A DNA stretch of 64,000 nt from NCBI GenBank assembly GCA_038733315.1, contig JAVYPJ010000001.1:103863-167862 (forward strand), given 5' to 3'. The translations under genes and the position numbers were made by a program. Of this stretch, positions 57,976 to 64,000 are shown in pieces. Origin of the DNA: Candidatus Aenigmatarchaeota archaeon. GTDB taxonomy: Archaea > Aenigmatarchaeota > Aenigmatarchaeia > CG10238-14 > SpSt-28. The notes under the pieces were generated by a model. It did no database searches, had not been told where the DNA came from, and was given only the letters and a program-made list of their open reading frames with translations. The stretch's first letter is position 1; every line of letters starts with the position of its first letter.

Positions 57976-58809
57976 ATGGAAATTGTTAAAAGAAGTATAT
58001 TGAAAAAAATTTATAAAAAAAGGGATTCTTGGTGCTATAAAGGAAATTTTGGAAAATTGGGAATAGTTTCTGGAAGTTATTATTATTCTGGTTCTCCAAT
58101 ATTTGTTGGATTGGCCGCATTAAGAGCTGGAGTTGATTTAGTAAGAATTTTTGCTCCTGAATGTATTTCAAATGCAATTAGAAGCTATTCACCGGATTTA
58201 ATTGTTTTTCCTTATGAATCTAAATTTCTTAACATAAAAACTTTAAATTTTATTTTTGAAAATTCGAATGATTTAGATGCTTTTGTTATAGGTAATGGAT
58301 TAAGTAGAAAAATAGAAGTATTAAATGCTATAAAGGAGTTTGTTAAGAAAGTTAAAATTCCATGCGTAATAGATGCAGATGCTATATATGCAATAAAAGG
58401 CATTAAGCTGAACAAAAATTTTATTATTACTCCTCATAGCTATGAATTCTTTGTTTTAAGCGGATATAAAGTTAAAAATAATTTAAAAGATCGAATTGAA
58501 AAAGTTAAGGAAGTAGCAAAAAAATATAATTGCATTATACTATTAAAAGGGCATATAGATGTTATTAGTAACGGAAAAAAAGTTGTGATTAATAAAACTG
58601 GTAGCGAATATATGACTAAAGGCGGTTTTGGAGATACATTAGCTGGAATTTGTGGAGCGTTATTAGCTAGGAAAATCGATCCTTTTATATCAGCTCAAGC
58701 AGCTTCATACATTAATGGAAGAGCTGGTGAATTTGCTGCAAAGATTTATAAAGAATCAGTAATTGCAAGCGATATTTTCGATTTCATTCCAAAAATTCTA
58801 AAAATATAA
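57976..58809 (+). CDS. nnrD: ADP-dependent NAD(P)H-hydrate dehydratase (NnrD/YjeF-C)
   Basis: KGNFG, AALRAGVDLV, VIDADA, TPHSYEF, GGFGDTLAG; start at MEIVK. Confidence 0.94.
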   Translation: MEIVKRSILKKIYKKRDSWCYKGNFGKLGIVSGSYYYSGSPIFVGLAALRAGVDLVRIFAPECISNAIRSYSPDLIVFPYESKFLNIKTLNFIFENSNDLDAFVIGNGLSRKIEVLNAIKEFVKKVKIPCVIDADAIYAIKGIKLNKNFIITPHSYEFFVLSGYKVKNNLKDRIEKVKEVAKKYNCIILLKGHIDVISNGKKVVINKTGSEYMTKGGFGDTLAGICGALLARKIDPFISAQAASYINGRAGEFAAKIYKESVIASDIFDFIPKILKI

Positions 58810-58816
58810 ATACTTT

Positions 58817-59557
58817 ATGAATGCTATACCCTATTCTGATTCTTTTGTACAAAATAAAAAGTTAGGATGGAAAGAGGACAAAAATTTAGGGTATAGATTT
58901 AAAACTTATAAAGATATTTATCAAGATTTATTACCTCAACTTTTTGAGAAGAGAAAAAGTTTTTCTGTTGTAGTTGCTGGTCCTTCTAACGAGGAGGTTG
59001 AAATTATTAAAAATCTTCTTGAAAAACACAAAAATGTCAATGTTAACATTTTTGAACCCGTTAAAGATAGGTCAGAAGAGTTAAGAGAAATGTTAGGATA
59101 TTTAGGAGAAAGGGTTAATGTAATAGAAGATTACATATTTAATATAGAAAAATATCTTCCCAAAAAATCGATTGATGCTGCAATATTCTTCAATGTTGTT
59201 AATTGGATTCCGATGAATATAATAAAATTGTTAGAAGGTTTAAATAAAACTCTTCTCTCTGATGGAATAGCTATCGTTTCTTTTTACACCAAGTTACGAG
59301 CCGATAGAAAAGATAAAAATTATATTATCGAAACCCCGAAATGGTTTATACGCTCTGTAGAGAGAAATTCTATAAAAAGTTTAAATGAGCTTAATCTTAG
59401 TAATCTTTATTATACAGATGGAAATGGAGCATTAAAGGTTTATGTATTGGGAAAAAGCGGTCTAGAAGAAATATTAAAGAATGTGAAAGAAAAGTATAAA
59501 GAAGCCCGTAAGATTTTAGACTTCATAGATTCGACCAATAAATATAAACTAAATTAA
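58817..59557 (+). CDS. Class I SAM-methyltransferase-like protein
   Basis: VVVAGPS, IFEP, SIDAAIFFNVVNWI, LLSDGIAIV; divergent. Confidence 0.55.
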   Translation: MNAIPYSDSFVQNKKLGWKEDKNLGYRFKTYKDIYQDLLPQLFEKRKSFSVVVAGPSNEEVEIIKNLLEKHKNVNVNIFEPVKDRSEELREMLGYLGERVNVIEDYIFNIEKYLPKKSIDAAIFFNVVNWIPMNIIKLLEGLNKTLLSDGIAIVSFYTKLRADRKDKNYIIETPKWFIRSVERNSIKSLNELNLSNLYYTDGNGALKVYVLGKSGLEEILKNVKEKYKEARKILDFIDSTNKYKLN

Positions 59558-59998
59558 TTTCTCTAATATAGATATTAATTCTCTAATTTTACTTTTTTTA
59601 ATCGCTACAGAACCTACTGACCTATACTTATTTTTACTCCTTATTAAAATATCTTTTTTTGTTTGATTTATTCTAACAAATTCTTCCTCTCCTTCATATA
59701 TTGGCCTAAATAAATCTATCCACAAAATATTATCTTTTCCTTGTTCTATCTTACCAATGAATTGAGATTTCCCAACATAATAAAAAACCTTTGCAGGACC
59801 TCTTTCATCAAAATCAACTCTTTTCTCTATCAATAACCTTTCCAATATTTTAGTTACAGTATGTCTATTTAAGTTTAATGCGTTTGCGATTTCAGTTATA
59901 GTCATTCCTCTAGGGTTTTTTTCCAATAATTTTATAATTTTCTTAACATTTTCAGTTTCGTATTCTACCTCCTTACTTTCTAATGTATCTACGCTCAT
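59549..59998 (-). CDS. Winged-helix regulator fused to a C-terminal beta4-alpha (PC4/PUR-like) domain
   Basis: NPRGMTITEIANALNLNRHTVTKIL...RGPAKVFY, then LWIDLF...FVRINQTK...VGSVAIKKSKIRELISIL. Confidence 0.75.
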   Translation of the reverse strand: MSVDTLESKEVEYETENVKKIIKLLEKNPRGMTITEIANALNLNRHTVTKILERLLIEKRVDFDERGPAKVFYYVGKSQFIGKIEQGKDNILWIDLFRPIYEGEEEFVRINQTKKDILIRSKNKYRSVGSVAIKKSKIRELISILEKLI

Positions 59999-60070
59999 AA
60001 TTAAAGATTTGCTTCATATATAGATATATTTAAATTTATATACTAAAATATAGAAAAATATAAATACATT

Positions 60071-60088
60071 TTAATGTATATACATTAA
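60071..60088. promoter_or_regulatory. Perfect 18-bp palindrome, probable operator
   Basis: TTAATGTATATACATTAA between the TATA-like ATATAAATA (~60057-60066) and ATG 60090. Confidence 0.65.
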
Positions 60089-60089
60089 T

Positions 60090-60773
60090 ATGACAACAAT
60101 AACATTACTACATTTTAAAACGTCAAAAAATATAAACGAAATTGAAATGGAACTAAATAAAGTTTCAAGCGAAAAATACTGGATTGCGGCAACAAAGGAA
60201 GATAATAACACAATAAAAATAATTTTTAATTATAAAACAAGCATTGAAGAAGAAGTAAGAAAAGTTTTAAACATTTCAGAAATTAAAAGAGTTTTTAATG
60301 GTAACTCTGGTATGTATCTAACAAGGAATGTTATAGCGTACATGCATTTTGATAAAGAAATTTTAGAAGTAAGAAGAGGTATAGATCATGTTTTTCGCTT
60401 CTTTATTAATGTCTTAGAAAAATCTCTTAGAATTAAATTTATAAACGTCTATATACCATCAAAAACCCTAGCAAAAATAATAGAAAAACACACTATCTCC
60501 TTAAATCAAATATATTTTAAATTTGTTAACGGTTTTTTATTCGAAATGTATAAAGGAAAATATTTACAATACTCTGAATTTATTAGAAAGAAAATTGAAG
60601 AGCTAAACAAAAACATAAGAATAATAACAACGATACCAAAAATTAAATTTGATGGGTTTCAAAAAAGCTTTACGATAAATGGAGATAAAGGTACTATAAA
60701 ATTTTGGTATAATAATGTATCAAAAAGCGAAATTTCGCAAATTTTAAATATAATTTTTGAAAATATGAAATAA
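60090..60773 (+). CDS. Hypothetical alpha/beta protein
   Basis: 227-aa ORF divergent from the wHTH gene, with its own BRE/TATA. Confidence 0.75.
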   Translation: MTTITLLHFKTSKNINEIEMELNKVSSEKYWIAATKEDNNTIKIIFNYKTSIEEEVRKVLNISEIKRVFNGNSGMYLTRNVIAYMHFDKEILEVRRGIDHVFRFFINVLEKSLRIKFINVYIPSKTLAKIIEKHTISLNQIYFKFVNGFLFEMYKGKYLQYSEFIRKKIEELNKNIRIITTIPKIKFDGFQKSFTINGDKGTIKFWYNNVSKSEISQILNIIFENMK

Positions 60774-60814
60774 TAAAGTTTTCTAGTATTTAAATAGAGT
60801 GCCGAAAAAATATT

Positions 60815-61198
60815 ATGGATGAAGAAAAAAATATTTTAGAATTGCAGGCGGCAAAAGATGAATTAAACAAGCTTATTTCGTATAGAGAAAACCTAATGAT
60901 GATTTATAGAGAATTGAAACAATCGCTCGAAAGTTTAAGTATATTAAGTACTGAAGATCCAGTACTTCTTCCGATTGGTAGCGGTATTTTTTTAGAAAGT
61001 AAAATAAACAATAAAAATTTTGTTTTAGTTGGGGTTGGTTCAAATATATTTTTAGAAATGGAAACAGAAAAAGCAAAAGAATTTTTGAAAAAAAGAATTA
61101 AAAAAGTTGAAGAAGAAATTGTAGAAGTGCAAACATATATCCAAAACTTTCAATATTATATTTTAAATGTTTTAGAACATATAAAACGAAAAAAATAA
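60815..61198 (+). CDS. pfdA: Prefoldin alpha subunit
   Basis: Coiled coils flanking VLLPIGSGIF and VLVGVGSNIFLE. Confidence 0.94.
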   Translation: MDEEKNILELQAAKDELNKLISYRENLMMIYRELKQSLESLSILSTEDPVLLPIGSGIFLESKINNKNFVLVGVGSNIFLEMETEKAKEFLKKRIKKVEEEIVEVQTYIQNFQYYILNVLEHIKRKK

Positions 61199-61222
61199 AT
61201 TTTTTGTTACTAAATATTTCCT

Positions 61223-62035
61223 ATGAAGGATCAGGCAATCTTAGATGCCTTTAAAACAATAGGTTTGAACCTTTATGAAAGAAAACTATATCTTGCACTT
61301 TTATATAAAGGAAGCGCGACCGCTGGAGAACTAGCAGATCTTACACAAGTACCTAGATCAAGGATTTATGACACCTTAGAAAGACTTTCTGAAAAGGGAT
61401 TTGTCATTATTCAACAAACAAGACCAGTAAGATTTATAGCTATAGATCCTGAAGAGGCTTTAGAGAGGTATAAGAAGGCTTTTGAAGAAAAAATTGCTGA
61501 AATGCAGAGAAGAATAGAGGAAATTAAAAAAAGTGAAATATTGAAAGAAATGAAGCAAATATTTTCACAGAAAATTAAAACAATTAATCCAGAAGAATTA
61601 ACTGGAACATTAAGAGGTTTAAAGGCATTTTTGGATGAGTTTGCAAACTCTGTAAAAAATGCTAAAAAATCTATAGATATAATTGCTGGTAGCGAGGTAA
61701 TGAACCTTATCTATGAAAGATTTGCAGATTTATTAAATAAAGCAAAAGATTCTGGAATTAATTTAAGATTTTTAATAACAGATACCAAGGCTATAGAAAC
61801 ATTAAATGTTTTGAAATTATTGGGCGAAGTTAAAACCATTGAAAAAGAAAAATTGCCAATAGATGGTAATGTTATAGTGGTAGATGGGGAAAATGTTATA
61901 ATGAGTTTAACCAACTTAAGAGAAGTACCATCAAATCAAGCTTTAGCATTATGGACTAAAAGTGAAGTTGTAGCAAAAAACTTAATTATACCTATAATAG
62001 AAATTGCTTGGAGAGAGTATTCAAAGAGTATTTAA
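61223..62035 (+). CDS. TrmB-family transcriptional regulator
   Basis: GLNLYERKLYLALL, VPRSRIYDTLERLSEKGFV, RPVRF; C-terminal effector-like domain. Confidence 0.93.
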   Translation: MKDQAILDAFKTIGLNLYERKLYLALLYKGSATAGELADLTQVPRSRIYDTLERLSEKGFVIIQQTRPVRFIAIDPEEALERYKKAFEEKIAEMQRRIEEIKKSEILKEMKQIFSQKIKTINPEELTGTLRGLKAFLDEFANSVKNAKKSIDIIAGSEVMNLIYERFADLLNKAKDSGINLRFLITDTKAIETLNVLKLLGEVKTIEKEKLPIDGNVIVVDGENVIMSLTNLREVPSNQALALWTKSEVVAKNLIIPIIEIAWREYSKSI

Positions 62036-62044
62036 TCCTTCTTT

Positions 62045-62986
62045 ATGTTTTCTTTTTTTAAAAAGAAAATTAATGATATTGTAAAAAGTTTTACAAAAAA
62101 AGTTAAAGAAGTTAGTAAAAAAATAAAATATATTGAGATAAAAGAGGGTGACATTAATCCCTTATTAGAAGAGCTTGAAAACAATTTGATAGAGAATGAT
62201 TGTAGCTATAGCGTAACTCAGAAAATTATAAATGATATTAGAAAGAATTTAATAGGTAAAAAAGTTGAAAGAAAAAAAATTAGAACAGAGATTAAAAATT
62301 CTATAAGAAAAAGTATTGAAGAGATATTGAGTTTTGGTGAAGCAAAAGATTTTGAAAAAGAAATTGAGAAAAGAGAAAAGCCTTTATCAATAATATTTTT
62401 TGGATTTAACGGTAGTGGAAAAACTACAACCATAGCGAAAATAGCAAAGAAACTATCAAGAAAATATAAAGTTTTGCTTGTAGCAGCAGATACTTTTAGA
62501 GCAGCCGCGATAGAGCAGCTAGAAGAATGGGGTAAAAAATTGAAAATAGAGGTTTTTAAAAAATCCTATAATTATGATCCGGCAGCTGTTATATACGAAG
62601 CTAAGAACTATGCAATAAAAAATGGTTTTGAAATTCTATTGATAGATACTGCTGGAAGAAGTCATACAAATAAAAATTTGATGGATGAACTTTCTAAAAT
62701 AATTAGAGTTAATAATCCAGAAATAAAAATATTAGTATTAGATTCCTTAACTGGCAGTGATATAATAAATCAGTATAATTTCTTTAGCCAGATTTCAAAA
62801 ATCGATTTCATTATTTTTACTAAGGTTGATGTTAACGAAAAGGGTGGTAATATTTTATCTATACTATACGAATTCAAAACACCAATAGCATATATTGGTA
62901 TAGGACAAAACGAAAACGATTTAGAAGAATTTAAAAAGGAAAGGTTTATAGATAATTTTTTAGGAACCAATTCCGAATCTTCTTAA
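62045..62986 (+). CDS. ftsY: SRP receptor FtsY
   Basis: GFNGSGKTTTIAK, DTFRAAAIEQL, DTAGR, TKVD, GIGQ. Confidence 0.96.
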   Translation: MFSFFKKKINDIVKSFTKKVKEVSKKIKYIEIKEGDINPLLEELENNLIENDCSYSVTQKIINDIRKNLIGKKVERKKIRTEIKNSIRKSIEEILSFGEAKDFEKEIEKREKPLSIIFFGFNGSGKTTTIAKIAKKLSRKYKVLLVAADTFRAAAIEQLEEWGKKLKIEVFKKSYNYDPAAVIYEAKNYAIKNGFEILLIDTAGRSHTNKNLMDELSKIIRVNNPEIKILVLDSLTGSDIINQYNFFSQISKIDFIIFTKVDVNEKGGNILSILYEFKTPIAYIGIGQNENDLEEFKKERFIDNFLGTNSESS

Positions 62987-64000
62987 TATATTTGCAAATT
63001 GTTTATTTTGCATTAACTTTCCATAATTTTTCATTAACTTCTGAATTTTTTTGTACATAGAAATTAATTCTCTAACATCCTGCTCACTAGTTCCACTCCC
63101 CATAGCAATTCTTTTTATTCTACTTTCATTAATAATTTCTGGATTTCTTCTTTCGTCCTTTGTCATGCTCTGAATTATATATTTCCATTTTCTCATTTTT
63201 TCTTCTTGCATCTCGAAAAGGTCTTCTGGGACAGAAATTCCTAGAAATGGTATATACTTGGCTATCGAAGCTAAGGATCCTAAACTTTGAATTGTTTGAA
63301 TTTGTTTCAAAAATTCTTCAAAATTAAATTCTTCTATTTCAATTTTATCTTTAAGTTCTGATTTTATTTTTTGGAGAAGGGAATTCAAATCACCTAAGCC
63401 TAACATTCTTGAGACAAAAGATTTTGGATCATATTCTTCTATCGCATCTATTTTTTCTCCATAAGTTATGAATTTAACTTTTGCCTTGGTTACACTACAT
63501 GCGTTAAGCGCACCACCAGCTTTCGCTGTACTATCTACTTTTGTAACTATTATTCCAGTAATTCCTACCAAATTATTAAATTCTTCTGCTTGTTTTTTTG
63601 CCACTTTTCCAATTTCAGCCGGTATTACTAAAAAAACTTCGTTTGGCTTAATAATTTCACCAAGAGTTTTTAATTCCTTTGCTAAATCTTTATCTAATGC
63701 ATCTCTACCAGCTGTATCGTAAATTATTATATCATATTTTTTAAATTCTAAACTTTTTTTTGCTGTATCATACAAATTTTTTTCAACAAAAAAATCTACG
63801 TGTATATTTTCTGCTAATTGTTTTAGTTGATCTATCGCAGCTGGCCTATGAAAATCTAAAGAGACTAATAAAACCCTTAAACCCTTTTTCTGATAGTATC
63901 TAGCCAGTTTAGCAGCTGTCGTAGTTTTTCCACTACCATATAAACCAACTAACATTATCTTCCCCTTGTTTATAGTTATAGCTTTTTCTTTACCTAGAAT
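62960..64000 (-). CDS. srp54: Signal recognition particle protein SRP54 (5' part outside window)
   Basis: GLYGSGKTT, DTAGR, AKAGGA, M domain IIQSMT...SRIKRIAMGSG. Confidence 0.96.
   Translation of the reverse strand: MLGKEKAITINKGKIMLVGLYGSGKTTTAAKLARYYQKKGLRVLLVSLDFHRPAAIDQLKQLAENIHVDFFVEKNLYDTAKKSLEFKKYDIIIYDTAGRDALDKDLAKELKTLGEIIKPNEVFLVIPAEIGKVAKKQAEEFNNLVGITGIIVTKVDSTAKAGGALNACSVTKAKVKFITYGEKIDAIEEYDPKSFVSRMLGLGDLNSLLQKIKSELKDKIEIEEFNFEEFLKQIQTIQSLGSLASIAKYIPFLGISVPEDLFEMQEEKMRKWKYIIQSMTKDERRNPEIINESRIKRIAMGSGTSEQDVRELISMYKKIQKLMKNYGKLMQNKQFANILRRFGIGS

Noticed and set aside
1..64000. CRISPR array, rRNA, IS element or provirus
   Set aside because: No regularly spaced short repeats, long GC-rich RNA genes, transposase, integrase or capsid genes were seen.

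Overview
This is a 64 kb, very AT-rich, gene-dense archaeal window with mostly leaderless starts (TTT/TAT-ATG) and overlapping or abutting genes. Fragmented ribosomal operons, several pilins and a DUF2341 surface protein suggest a DPANN archaeon, possibly Aenigmatarchaeota-like (inference). Most of it is housekeeping: PCNA, PolB, RFC-L, RPA subunits, Topo VI, NurA/HerA, TFB, TFS, Spt5, about 15 ribosomal proteins, MetRS, ProRS, tRNA-Pro, RNase P proteins, FtsZ, MinD, SecE, SRP54/FtsY, a type IV pilus machine and PGK/GAPDH. I found no CRISPR array, rRNA, integrase or transposase. The best candidates for undescribed biology are: (1) a 1375-aa surface protein with three near-identical constant DUF2341 cassettes, each followed by an unrelated variable beta-sandwich, two of them apparently inserted in-frame into one Ig-like domain; (2) a promoter-bearing, structured ~250-nt element upstream of a 150-codon frame with no start codon, compatible with a -1 frameshift or a cis-acting RNA; (3) a GT-like/wHTH/PqqD-like/GT-like/MinD cluster; (4) a wHTH-PC4/PUR-like regulator facing an orphan gene across a perfect 18-bp palindrome; (5) a radical-SAM homologue lacking CxxxCxxC; (6) a pilin with an apparent internal TAA; and (7) a 22-bp inverted repeat over the pgk stop codon. 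All family calls come from motif recognition by eye, not database searches.
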